Below are positions 32,452 through 47,722 of a stretch of DNA of 64,000 nt, piece after piece (the stretch's first letter is position 1; each line of letters opens with the position of its first letter). The notes under the pieces were generated by a model that was not told where the DNA came from, made no database searches, and saw only the letters and a list, made by a program, of their open reading frames with translations. Position numbers and translations under genes: made by a program. Source of the stretch: the human T2T-CHM13v2.0 reference genome, Homo sapiens. The stretch lies in assembly GCF_009914755.1 (NCBI RefSeq), contig NC_060925.1, one strand, 5' to 3'.

Positions 32452-33491
32452 TATTATTACTTCTAGCTTCAACGCAAAGAATGTTATTCCTTCACGCCAT
32501 CACTGTACCCTGTGAATTCTATAATTTAAGGAAGTGTCACATCATAGAGTAATTATTCACTTAAATACGAATCTTCCCACTAGATTCTGAATTTGTTAAG
32601 GGTAGGTACTATGTACCTACTAGAATGTCTGCCAGAGAGTTGGGGTTTGGTAAATGATTATTACCTTATCATTTTTAGTGGTTGAGGGAATTCTGGATAA
32701 TTACATTTAACAGAGGTTCTGGGGGAAAAAAGCAGTCTTTTTGAAGTACTTTTCTGATTATGAAATAAAAAAAGTAACTAGCGTATTAAACAACATTTCC
32801 TATTTTAATCTCTCATAAGGTACAATCAGTTACAGTTAAGTTTCTTTCTGTACAAAATTATTTTTTCTGATTTCTCAGTTTATAAGAGATCAACAGTGTC
32901 AGATTGAGGCCATCACATCAAATGCAATTCATCCTGCTTATAAAAATACATTTACAGAGTTCTATCAACATTTGTCACCAATTCAGAGAGACATGACAAC
33001 CTTAGCTATATTCCTGCAAAAAAAATGTAAATGAAGAGAAATATAAGCCAATCTCTTCCCAGTGCTATTAGAAAAACATATGAATTAAAGGAAACATTTG
33101 AGTGGCTGGGTCATCACTGTAGAATAGCCCGGGCACCATTTGGATGGGGGAGTAAGAACTAGATTTTCAAAAGCTTGTCACATTTACTTTTAGAAAATGA
33201 CATTTTCCAGTGAGTGGAGATAGATTGATTTGAGTGGAGGGACATAATCCCATTACAGTCTACAAGGATTTACCACAGGTCATGGCAACAAAAGTAGGTT
33301 TTTCATAAGAATTTCAGTTTACTCATCTCAGAAACACATAAAACAATGAATTTCAAATAAAAGAGACAGCACTGATAAGCTCTGAATTCACTATCCATGC
33401 CTTTCCAAATATTTGAGAGTGAAATACTTATTCAGTGAGATTCTAACCATCTGAACTACCTGGGGGGTGTGTGTGTGAGCACGTGAAACTA

Positions 33492-34002
33492 TGGTTGACC
33501 CTTGAACAAGGGGGAGGTTAGAGACACCAACGCTTGCACAGTCAAAAGTGCGAATTTAACGTTGACTCCCCCAAAACTTAACTACCATTAGTCTAATGTT
33601 GATCAGAAGCCTCACTGGTAACATAAACAGATGATTAACACATATTTAATCTGTTATATGTATTATATACTGTATTCTTATAATAAAGCATGCTAGAGAA
33701 AAGAAGATGTTATTAAGAAAATCATAAGAAAGAGAAAATATATTTCCTGTTCATTAAGTGGAAGTGGATCACCATAAAGGTCTTCATCCTCATCATCTTC
33801 ACGTTGAGTAGGCTGAGGAGGAGAAGGAGGAAGAGGAGGGGGTAGTCCTGCTGGCTCAGGGGTGGAAGAGGTGAAAAGGTGGAGGAAGTGGAAGGGAAGG
33901 CAGGAGAGACAGGAGCACTAGGTATAACTTTTACTGAAAAAAAAAAAAATTTATGTGTAAGTGGACCACACAGTTCAGACTTGTGTTGTTCAAGGTCAAC
34001 CG
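33492..34002. mobile_element. Tigger2-family non-autonomous DNA transposon
   Basis: TIRs tggttgacccttgaacaa / ttgttcaaggtcaaccg, flanked by TA dinucleotides. Confidence 0.8.
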
Positions 34003-34773
34003 TATATCATAGACACAACTTTAAGTCAAGTGATTAAAACATTTAATCTTTAGGAAGACTTGGACTGTAAGTACCATTCTGCTGTCTGACATTAGAACAG
34101 CATTTTGTTGGCAGGCCCTGCATTCTATATGGCCACAATAACACATTATGGAGATGGGCTGAGGCCAGGGATCTTTAAGAGGTGATAACTGAATCTCTAC
34201 TTAGAAGCAAAGCAAGATGATAGCTATAAAGGAGCTCTACGTTGGACTTTTGAAGGGAAAAAATCTTTTGGGGAACTGGAAACCAGTTAATTCATAAGTT
34301 ACAAAACCTTTACTATTATTTTTATAGGAACAGGAGAGTCACAAAAAAATACTGAGTTAGAAACCAGGTTGAACTGCATAATTCAGCTCTAGTTTACTGC
34401 CCACGGTACTTCAAAGGAATGAAAGTGACAGCTTCTGACATCTAAATGTCATATAAAAACTACCACTGCTTTCCATGGATTAATTCTGCATCTCTAGATG
34501 AGAGGACAGCAAATGTGTTTACACTATGAGCACACACCAGCAAGCGGGAATGAAATAAAACATTTCAGGTAAAGATTCATCCCAAGGCACGGTTTTCCTG
34601 GTGGGTGTTGAGTACAACATCTAGTCAAAGCAGAGATGGGAAAAGGTGAGGAAACAAGTTAAAATAAATATCAAGAAATGACAAAGTAGAGAACAAAACC
34701 CAGAGATCACCAAGCCCAAACTTTTGACTTCAGGTTCCATTAACGCTGCATATTGACAGGATATTAATTTCAC

Positions 34774-35058
<285 letters not shown>

Positions 35059-38027
35059 TAATTTCACTTTAATTCTTACTTATCTTAGAATCCTCCTACC
35101 AATCTCAGCAATTTATTCTAATGACAGGCTTCAGTCTCTAGATGAGGAAAACATTTAACAGATAAATGAAACTCATACTGAATGTTTATAGTTGGAAGTA
35201 GAAAGGGACACATTAAAAGATGAATAATAATGTAAGAAGAAGCTAAAACAAAAGTGTAAGTCCAGAATTCTGATTCCTCAAAGATTAAACTCACTCCTTT
35301 CACATACACCAACCATGAAAGGCTAGAAAAAGGAGGGCTTGCCCATGCAGCAGCACGGCAAATGTGCTTCCTGCATCCCCAGATTGTGTTAGGGTTCACA
35401 CAAAGTAAAGTCAAAAAGAAAGTCTGCAATGATATTTTGTAACTGCCTTTCTGTAATGTCCCAAATATGCAAAGAGACCATAAAAAAACCAATACTTTAG
35501 CATGATTATTTCTCTTTTCTCTGGAATATTAGGTCCTTGAGAAAAAGAATGCAAACTAATTATACCATTTACAAGTTTATATATAACTCATTACAATTAA
35601 AAGCTTTAAATTGTCTTAAAGTGTTTCAGGTTGTGTTTTGTTTAGACTCTTTATGCTACTAAAATAAGTTCTTCTCCATAATTAAAAGTTAATAAAAATC
35701 CTCAGGATGTTTTCAGCTTTAGAAAGAAAATCTTCACCAATTCAAACCTTGAATTAGGATTTAAGCTGCAAGGATAGAGGGCTTCCTGCTATATAAGGGC
35801 CAGATGCATTTCAGTGGGGGTGAGGCTTGAATCAACTATCCCTGGTGTCACCCCTGAGGCATCTGAGGCAGAGAGACTCTGCAAAGTGGAATGAACACAT
35901 CTGTGCTGTTACCATCCCCTTATTATAGACAATTGCTTTTTTCTGTAAGCTTTCTCACTCTCATCTGTCTTCCTGGGTCAAATCTCAGCTATCATCAAGT
36001 TCTTAGCACTAACATGTACACATGTTGTTTATTCTCTAGAAACAGGATTCACTTACAAAACCAGTAGAATGAATGCAGGGTAAAGGAAGTCACATCATCC
36101 TTGCTGCTCAAAGCCCTTGATCTCCGTTTAGGATGAACCCATGGTCCATCATTTTTTCTTTTTCAATTAAGCGAATTCAGGGCTGCCCATGGCCCAGTCC
36201 CATGCCTTCAATCCTCTTCCTCCACTTATCCTTAAGCCTCAATTTATATATATATATATAAATTTTTTTCTACTCCATTTCCTTTACTTAGGCCTCAATT
36301 TACACGTCACTTCCTCAAGGAGCCCTTCCTTTCCCCTCAGATCTAAATGAAGACTCCCTTGCACTCCCTCCCAACCCCCTATGTGTTTCTTTCATTGTAC
36401 TTTCTTCCGTGGGATGAATGACCATTTCTCCAGAGGGCTGCAGCCACAGCCAGCGGGGCCAGGACCGTCCTTCTCAGTCACAGGCAGCATTCAGACTTTG
36501 TCCATAGTGGTCACTCAGGAAATCTCAGGTAACACACCTGACTAACTGATGGATTAATAACTTAATTAAGAAGACGCCTAGTAGAACAAAGTCTGAGGAG
36601 AAGCTGGTGCTTCCCCACAGTGGGTACTGCTTCTTTTGGAGGGTACTGGGTTTGCTTCTGCCCAAGGCATTTCATTTTCTCAGAATATCTACTCTCCAGG
36701 TTCCCAGCATCCTACACAGTCCCAGCAACACAATAAATATATTTTGAATGAATTGATAGACATTATTCAGGTTCAACATCATGGTAAATTTCTCAAAGAA
36801 ATACAAGGTAGGGAAGAGCAACGTGAGAGAATCAGAATATTAAAGTTTATGTTTTTCAAGGAATAAAAACTTTCATTTGTTTAATTAGTGGGTTTTTACT
36901 TTGGCATCATGCTTAGAAAATTCTTTTTCTCTTCCTCAACCAAGATGATATAACTTGACCTACATTTTCTTGCAGTGCTATTCTGGTTTCTTTCTTCTTC
37001 CTTCATTTTAAAAAACATTTTAAAGCTTTAATACATCTGGAAATTCATTTGATACAAAGTCTTACTCCAATATTTTTAATGTTCATTTCCCCAAAACCAT
37101 CCCATTGATTTTTTTTTTCATTAGTTCAGTGGGAATAAAAATGTGTCCTTCACATTTCCTCAAAAAGCGGGAGAAACTCGGCAGAATCAGTGTGAAATGT
37201 GCCTTCTCTTCTTGACAGAAAGGTCCTCAATTAACACCAAACCATAATAATAATATTTAAAACTGAAAAAGCGAATAGAACCACTTGTACCTTTTTCACA
37301 TGAAAAAGGTTAGATCAACATTTTTACATGAAGAGGGCTAGGAGAGAATTCCAAATGCTCTCACTGTGGCCACAGGGTAGACAGAGCTTCTCGTTAGAAT
37401 AACCATCTTGCCGAGCAAGGACAACGTGCTTACTTTTGCATCCTCAACGCCCAGAACAGTGTCTAGGACATAGCAGGTGCTCAATAAATGTCCAATTCAG
37501 AAGAAATCCTCCCTCAAGTAAAGTGTAATTTGTATGTTATTTAAATTACAAGGTTACTTAAAAACACCATTTCTATTTTCTCCATGGCCTATCCATATAT
37601 CATCCTATCCTAGAGAGCTATGAAGGTTAAGCTACTTCTGATAAGATTCCAACAGACCTACTTTAGGGAGACTGAGTCAGGGCTCACCACAGTGGCCACA
37701 CCGACTGCAGCTGAGAACTAACATCATTCTTCAAAATGCTCTCTTTAGCCTTTCCCATGTTTGTTGTGCTAATAGCCCAAAGCCACTGTAGGACCATTGT
37801 GCATATATTGCACGCAGCATATTAAAACTTCCTGACTTTTAGTGTTAGTTGTTTAAGTATCCCTCCCACTACTGACCATTCATTTTAGCTCCATATTGCA
37901 TTAGGTTTATCAGCAATTTAAGAGAATCCTAACGGGTCTTGGATAAACACCCTGTGGCTTGCTGGAGAGCTGGAATCTGAGGCTGTCAGCTAACCATTGA
38001 GCTCTGTCCCAAGTCCTGTCTTTGTAT

Positions 38028-38253
<226 letters not shown>

Positions 38254-40382
38254 TTTTTAATGCTAGCCCAGTTTTGCCTGAGCTTCTCCAGACCTCCCTC
38301 TGCCTCTCTCTGCTGCAAGCAGAGGTAACTGATTTCCACTTTTCTTTTTCCTCCCGCTGCAGTGTAACTTGGCTTCACTGCCAAACCCCTGCGGCCACCT
38401 CCAGCCTTGTGGAGACTGACGCAGGAAGATAAGTTTCCCAGTGGACCAGAGGAGATCAGCCAGAGTATGAGAGTGCCTGGCAGGGAGGAAGGGAAAATGA
38501 GGGGAAGAGAGGGTGCAGGAAAATAATAGCAACAGAGAGAATAATTAATAAAGCAGGCTTCCAACTGACAGGCTGGTTTCTAAAAACTCAGCTCGAAGTC
38601 ACTTATTTGGCATTTGAAATGCACTTTCCATACCAGTATCATAGCACATGATGACTATGTTACTTTGCTAGTACTAGTTCAGTTTATGCTTCAAATTATT
38701 TTAGTAATTTTGAATTAAAGACACTTTGAAGAGTTTTCCAAGTCTCTAACTACTTCCTGAAGCTAGCATCTTTCTTATGTGGGGAAAAAGGCGAGGCAAG
38801 GAATACATCCTTCCTCCTCTAGCCACAGCAAAGAAAGCCTCTTTCCAAAGACCCCCGCATAGTTTTATGTTCCAAAATCAGACAGTGCCTCTCATGCCAT
38901 GTTACTTTAACTAACACTAGATACATTTGAAAGCATTTTTACATATATTATTGAGTTTCACTTAATTACTGCGCAAATTCTGTGAAATAAGGCATTCAGA
39001 TAGCACTATGACCTATTGATGAAAATTTCAAAACTGTATGTATGACATGTACATCCAGATTATAAAGGGCCACCAACTGCCTAGCACAATGGGTGCCAGG
39101 CACCCACCTCAGCCTCCCAAGGCACAAAGTCAGGTGAAACTGATGAGACTTCAGAACCCTGGGAAGAGGAGGAGGATGCACTTAGGGAGCGCTTTCTGTC
39201 TGCCAATGACTAGGCTAAAGGTGCTACATTTCTTCTTCGATTGATTTTATATTTAATGTAGGAATTCCCAATTATAGAAGACAAAACTGAATCACAAATG
39301 GCGAAGCACACTTAATATGCGACAGAACCAGGGTTTGAGCCCACCCAGTCTTGTCCAAGGCTGGGCCATAACATTATAATTATCTCCTAAACTTCCCAAA
39401 AGCTTTCTGCAGAGAAAAACCTAGTCACAAACAAAAGACGAAGAGTCAAAAAACCTCAGACTTTCTAGCAGCAGCAGTGGATGCTGGAAGACAATGGAAT
39501 AACGCTTACACCCTGGCAGGCTACACACTACAAACTATCTGAAGTATGAAGTAGAATAAAACACTTTGAGCAGAGGAGCTCTTGAAAGTTTCTTCTCATG
39601 TGCCTCTTCTCAGGGGCGACTGAGGACAAGCTTCACTCCAAAAAAGGGAGTAAACAAAAACAGAAACTTGCAGCAGGTTCCAGGAGGGAGTCAGGGAGGG
39701 AGGACGGAGCTAATAGATTATGTGACAGATTCGTCTGTGTGGAAAGTTGGAATGAGAAATATACTACATAGCTATTGGAATGGTGAGCAAATACAAAAAC
39801 AAACATTTGAATAAGAAATATAATCAAGGTCTATACTACTGGACTCAGAGGTGAACAACGTTTAGACTTAAGAGTTAAAAAAGAGCCTGAGTAGAAGTTC
39901 AACAAATATATTAAAACTATATTAGGAGAAGGAGGAAAGTGAAAATGCTAATGCATAAGGGAAGATAAGAGAGATAAATTCTTATCTTTTATAATGGAAA
40001 GTCAGTAGATAAACAAATCTAAAATACCAAGAAGTAGCAGAACACGCACATGATCATTATTTAGAAGAATACCAGAAGAGATACCTTAAAGAGCAGAAAG
40101 TATTTTTTTTCTGTACAGGGAAAATCAGAAATGGGGCAGGAGGGTGGAGTTGACAGGAATCTGCTGCTTTTCATTACAACTTGTTCTATTTGATTTTTAA
40201 TACTATGTATTATTTTGATATAAGTGAAAAATACATTATAAAAAGCAAGAGCTCTCAGAATCATGTGCATCACATAGAAACTAGTCTATCTGTAAACTGA
40301 GAGACAAGATTTGCTAAAATGCAAAGTAAATCTCATTTAAGAATTGCAAATTTGGGACCCATTAGTGAATGTTTTGTAATAG

Positions 40383-40802
<420 letters not shown>

Positions 40803-41106
40803 TAAGCTTTTCAGTATGGCACAGAGGTACATGTGAATCCTCCAAACTACCCTTTACTTCAAGAGGCTTTGTATGCCCTTATCAGCCTATAGAAAACCTT
40901 CCTTTAGTGAATTTACAAAGCATTAATCATTAATTTTCTCCTCCAATGTTTACTGACTATCTGCCATGCACCAGATATCAACGCAACATTTAATTATATA
41001 ATTCCATATATTTTCCATTTTATATGCATATCAATAAGTTGGAAAGATTTAAGCAATGATACATGAAATTAATTGTAAGCTCCTCACTTAGGATATTAGC
41101 CTTTTA

Positions 41107-41613
<507 letters not shown>

Positions 41614-42994
41614 TACTGTTTCTTTGTCTTTCCTGCAGGGCGGAACCTAGTGTCACGGCCCACATTACTGTATGTGTGTAGCAGTCACAATTCTACGGTG
41701 ACACAGCCATAGGCTTATTTACCAGATTATAAGCTTTTGGATGACAGGAACTACATCTTAGTCATTCCTACGTCACTGGTTCACAGGGCTTGGCATCTTG
41801 TAGGAACTCAATAATTATTTTCTGAATGAGTGACTAGTATATCCATAAGCATTTTCTATGTGAATAAACAAGTAAATAAATGAATCTCAATACCATACTT
41901 ATTCCTTGTCTCAATCTCTTTTAACTCCATTGTAATCCATTTGTATGGTAAGAGTACAGTCATCAAATCAGGTCACTATTTTTAATTCTTAAAAGCCAAG
42001 AATCATAATATTATGGAAACATTACCTTGGAGGACCATGTGAAATGTGACTCAACCCCAATATTTGCTTTTTGAAATAATTCCTTTGGAAAGTTTTAAGA
42101 TAAAACAAATTTTCAATCAGGTCCAACTTTGTACTTCTTTATGACTGGGATCAATCAATAAAGTCATTTGTCTGGAATCATTATAATTCAGGAAAATTAA
42201 TTTGCTTTATTTTCTAAAAATATGAGTACTCCTTTAACATTTAGTGTCAAAAACCCCAAGCTAGAATAATATGCAGTTGCCTATTGTGCTGTCTTCATGT
42301 TCAGCATGATTAACTTAGCTTGGTGGGAAATATGGCAATTTTTTAAAAGAGCAACTTCACATATACACATTAATATAACTCAGTTGTGTCCCCATGACCA
42401 TCATGATTCATCTGATGCTGAACTGTACTATAAGTGATAGAATTTTACTCTCCTAATTCAAATATTGGTGAAACAGCATATCAAGGTTGGGAGGAGATAA
42501 TATTTACTTTCAATAAATTAGTCTCAAAGGTAAAGAATTAAATTGACTAAAAAAGATATGTTTCAACATGCAGTCTTCAACTTCAGTTATAATATCTATT
42601 TCCATTTATCACAGTCTGAATTTTATACCAAAATTATTCGTTATCTCCACATTCTACCAAGTAGAAGTACATATTCAAAGTATGCAGAAAGGAAAGTAAG
42701 CCAAAAGGAAGTATATGCACCAAGTTTAAAGTTTGTTCCAGCGACTACAGAGTGAAGTGATGATGGTTACATTAAACGCAGTTCAGCATTTGTGAGCCTC
42801 CCTCTCTACACCCAAGCACTGCCGTGAGCACTGGAGGAGGAGTATGCGCTAGCTGACATGGAGCTCAGTCTACCTTAGGCACCAGTGGTTTCAAGTGGTT
42901 ATGGAAGGGAGGCTCAGGGAGCAGTGGGGAATCTATTCAGGTTTAGGTGGTCGGGGCAAGACTTCTCTGGAGGGGCCGATTTTAAACAGACGTG

Positions 42995-43303
42995 GGCTGG
43001 GCACGGTGGCTCATGCTTGTAATCCCAGCACTTTGGGAGACCAAGGCGGGCAGATCACTTGAGGTCAAGAGTTCAAGACCAGACTGGCCAACATGGTGAA
43101 ACCCCATCTCTACTAAAAATACAAAAATTAGCCGGGTGTGGTGGCGGGCACCTGTAATCCCAGCTACTCAGGAGGCTGAGGCAGGAGAATCACTTGAACC
43201 CAGGAGGCAGAGGTTGCAGTGAGCCGAGATTGCACCACTGCCCTCCAGCCTGGGTGATAGAGTGAGATTCAGTCTCAAAACAAACAAACAAACAAACAAA
43301 AAA
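42995..43303 (+). mobile_element. AluSx-type with (CAAA)n tail
   Basis: Full Alu. Confidence 0.9.
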
Positions 43304-43614
43304 CGCAGAGACTTGAAGCATGAGCAGCCTGGTGTCAGTCTAGTGAAGCTGGAGGAATGGCATCCTTAGTAAAGGGAGGAGCAAGGACAGCAGAGTGTTT
43401 GAGAAGCCACAAGAATGCCTAGAATCGATTGTGGAAAGTCTCTATCAAATCAGGGAAGCCTGGTAGTGTTAGCATGAGAAGATGGCATGTCAAACTTTAC
43501 AGGACCTACTGTGACTGTAGCCTTATGGCTCTTCTGGGTAGTGATGATTGCAAAAACAGCCTTAGAGCCACATTCAGTCTATACATGATTGCCCACCCAG
43601 AATGAGAGCAACAT

Positions 43615-43750
43615 GGGTAGTGAAATGACCTGGGCTCCAGTCACTCACTGGCCACAAAATCAGTGGGACCCAAGTTATGTTTCTGTCCCTAGGCTTCAGT
43701 TTCCATCTATGTAAAATGGTGGGATAGGATTATATAATAAACTCTAAGAC
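43615..43750 (+). mobile_element. MIR fragment
   Basis: gacctgggctccag...ggcttcagtttccatctatgtaaaatgg. Confidence 0.55.
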
Positions 43751-44713
43751 AGGGGCAGCACATATGCCTTATCTTACTGTTCCAGTTGATTAGAAATGTC
43801 TGCCACCAGCCCAGTTCTAGGACTCTGTTCTTGGTTAGTGATGTCTGCCCTGGAACCACTGTGTCCCAGCAGTGGGCTACACACTAGCTAGTCCTGCTCT
43901 GCCCTGCCTTCTTTCCCAGTGACAATATTCTGTGCTCCTATGAGAAAGAATATGTGAGCATCACTTTCACATGAAAAGCTGTGTGCCTGGCCTGAGTTAC
44001 CTGTACATGTTTTGATGCTGGTGGAAAAAAAATGAAGAGTCAAAACCTAAGAGGCAGAAGTCCAGGAAGAAGAGGCAAGGAAATTCAGGACACAGATGGC
44101 ACCAGAATGGGTAACTGGGCTTAAATCATCTTTAAATTTTGTGTCTGTGGGTTTTCCTTCTAATACACCTAATTTTGAAATGGAATCTGTTTTTCGTCAT
44201 GTGCCTAATTTGTCTAACCTGTGACTCCCGGCTAGATTTCAGGCTGCTTATAAATAGCTAGTGTAGGTAGGTGAGAAACTTGCACAGAGCCTCTGCCTGA
44301 CACTGTGTAAGCAAGTGTGGACCCCTCCCAGCCTACTTCTATGGGATACAAAAGGACTCTGTGCCACCCACTCACTCATCCTCCGAGAGGGGAAGTCAGA
44401 AACACAAACACACTCACTTTACTTGTTCTTGAATCTTGTACTAAAAAGAGCCATGTAGGCTTGAAATAGCTAAATGATTTTAATTTAAATGGGGCTGTCT
44501 TAGATGCAGGAGAGAAAAACAAAACAAAACAAAACAAAAAAACCAGAAACCGAGTTGTTAATGGCCCACTCCTATCTTTCACTGTTGAATTCTACACTCT
44601 GAACTGCCACACACTAAGGGAAGCCCAAGTCTAATCTGTCTCATTTTCCTTTCCTTCAGCTTCACAGGTTCTCTTTGCACACCCCAAGGTATTTAAATAT
44701 GTACATTTAACAG

Positions 44714-45063
44714 GGGCATAGGCATAGTTTAAGAATAGGTATAGGGAAAGGCACAGGTATAGGTACAGGTAAAGGTAAAAGTATAGGTATAGTCATTGGT
44801 ACAGGGAAAGTTATAGATACAAATAAAGGTATAGGTATAGATAAAGGTAAAGGTATAGATACAGGTACAGGTATAGGTAAAGATAAAGTTATATAGAAGT
44901 AAAGGTAAAGGTATAGAAGTAAGTATTGGTATGGGTATAGGCAAATGTGTAGGTTACAAACAGGTAAAGGTATAGATATAGACAAAAGTAAAAATATAAG
45001 GAAATGTATAGGTAAAGGTATTGGTACAGGTACAGGTACAGATATAAATATAGATATAGATAT
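44714..45063 (+). repeat. Degenerate hexamer tandem repeat (AGGTAH/AGATAH)n
   Basis: Units aggtat, aggtac, aggtaa, agatat, agataa with 6-nt periodicity over ~350 bp. Confidence 0.9.
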
Positions 45064-46639
45064 GCAGTTAAAGCTTCTTACTTCAAATCTTCATCAACTA
45101 ACTTAACAATAATGTCAAAATAACAAACCCCAAAACACTCCACTAATTTCACCAACACTTAGTCTTTCTAGAGGTTTTTGAATGAAAGGGAAATATAACC
45201 TGAAGGCTGCAGAAGTTCTATAGAAACTGGTCTTTTTCATCAGGGTCCTCTATGTATCCAGAAGCAGTCACCTGTTGGGGTAGGGACTTTCCTCTACAAG
45301 TGGACTAAAATATACAAACCATTATAGATGGAACCTTCTGTGAGTCTATCTTCTTTCAGTTTTTCTAATACTGATAATAATTTGCATTTCAGTAGTACAC
45401 GGAATTGTACAGAACGTTTAAAACTATGCAGCTCCATCTTTATGCTGGCTCCTGATTCTGTAGGTGGGAAGAGTAAGTCTCCAAGGGGAGAGAAGTCTGA
45501 GTTACCCTCCCTGCACTTCTAAACCCCAGCAGCCCGACGAGGCCATCTTTCTCCACTGAACAAGCCAGTTTTTCTACTTGGGCTGTTTCTAACTAAGGCG
45601 GCTCCTTGTGCCCACCCAGAGATGTTCCTTATGGAAGCACTCTCTATTCTGGACAGCATCTTCAGTGACTCTTGCATATTTATTTTAAAAATTATTTTCC
45701 CCCTTTTCCTTTTGTCACACCAGTCTACTGAAGTTGCTGGTGACAAATTTGGCTGAGTTCAGTACTTTAAGTCCACAAACCTTGGTGCCCCTCACTTATC
45801 TTTATGCTTGGACATATAGACAATTAGATAACTCGCTAACAACTGAGAAGTTACAATAGGCTAAACAGCTCTGTGCAGAATCAGCAGCATTAGACAGCAG
45901 TTATAATCTATGAGCAATAACTTTGATGGGTCTAAAACTGTGGATAAATCAGTCTTCTTCCATCCATTCAAGCACAGAACAGGGAATTACAGAGCAAGGA
46001 AAGATCTAGCAGAAAAATTTCTAGAAGACTTCTTATCTAGAAGAAATCTATTTCTTCTCTAAGGCTGTGAAATGGTTGTGATTACCAGGCTATTACATGA
46101 TCATGGCCAGAGACACCCATGGAAATTGCCAAGTCAACCACGTGTAGATACAGGTGTAGGCCTAGATGAACAAAGCAAGCTAAAGAAAATGCAAGTGTTC
46201 AGGAGTGTGTAAAGTTATTGGTCAGGCCCTTCTCCATCCCCATCATTTCATGAAGGATGGGAGCATGGTCAAGGGATGCTCTTCTTAGGCCCCAGTCAGT
46301 TTTTGTGGGAACAGCATAATCTTCAACTGTGAATGATATAATTTTTCCACAATACCAATAGCCAATTAATATTTTTAAAAAACATTCTTCTGATTCACCT
46401 GGCTTTAACTTTCTTGTTATGGTTGGCTAGAATATCTGGGAACAAATACCATATACTCTAAGGTACACGTTCTCCTTTTTTCTTTTTTATTGTGGTAAAA
46501 TACACATAATGTACCATCTGCCATTTTCAAGTGTACAGTTCTGTGGCATTAAGTACATTCAGACTGTTGCACATGCTCTCCGGTTTAATGTATACCTACC
46601 CCTCCTTTTTTTTTTTTTTAAATGAGGGATATATTACTA

Positions 46640-46822
<183 letters not shown>

Positions 46823-47629
46823 TTAGCCTAGAGGATGGGGAGAGGGATGCCCATGAATAATACATAACATCACTGTCCTTCCACTTTTTCCTCTTAACGG
46901 ATAGCCAGACTCAGTTCTTGTTTCAGGCCTCTGAAAATGTCTTCTCTATACCATGAAATTGGTTCATGTGTTGGAAACCACTATGAGGGTGAGGGAGAAC
47001 TAGCCTATGGAATACAGAGGCCAACAGAATTATGCCCCTTGGAATACATTTTTAAAATTTTCCAATGAGGAGGTGAAGAATAACCCATGCAGCTCACAGA
47101 CATTTCCTCATGAAAAGGGGAGTTCATGGATGGACAATATTTTTGTATAGAGAAAGCAACTGTCTGGAAGGACCACAGCCAGGAATCCCATCTGGAGCTC
47201 CCCACTTTGTTTTTCTAACTGAAAATCCTTTTCCCATAGTCCTTTTGGCTCTGTGACCTCTGCCTCACCCCGATACGGTGACTCCTCTTTTCTCTATTCA
47301 TAGTAGAGCACTGTTAGCCCACCATATGACTATTAACTGTCCTCACAGTGGATTCCACAAGATGTGCCATCATTCTTGCAAACAAAACAGCTCCCCAGAT
47401 GCAGGAAAGGGTAAGGATAAAGCAATCGAACCCTATCTGTGATGTGGACCAAGTCACATCTTGGACATAACTGTTCACAGTACATGGATTCATTCCCTAA
47501 GCCTCTCAGCGGGCATTTTGTTTTCTTTCTCTGGCTCACGTGTCTTGTCAATACCCTGTAGCTCCATGACAGCTTTGTTATTAAGGAGAATAAGGGGGCA
47601 GGAAGAGTACAAAGTTGGTGGATACATAC

Positions 47630-47722
47630 TCGCAATGACAGGAATACAGTGCTGGCGCTGACTGCAAATGAGAGGACAGCAACCACTGCGCAGACGATGA
47701 GATCCCATTTTAAGACATCCGT
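47630..47722 (-). CDS. PCNX2: Pecanex-like protein 2, internal coding exon (93 nt, phase 0-0): TDVLKWDLIVCAVVAVLSFAVSASTVFLSLR
   Basis: Minus strand reads ggttttctctttccag|ACGGATGTC...TTGCGA|gtatgt. Hydrophobic TM-like peptide that joins in frame to the next exon and matches the recalled PCNX2 protein. Confidence 0.95.

Noticed and set aside
32723-33040. Strong-looking minus-strand acceptor (tttacattttttttgcag| at 33014) with a possible AAG|GTAATA donor near 32723
   Set aside because: No convincing exon pairing or coding signal; such sites are frequent in AT-rich introns.
44707-44985. Pro/Ile- and Tyr/Thr-rich periodic ORFs
   Set aside because: Artefact of translating a hexamer repeat; no splice or start context.
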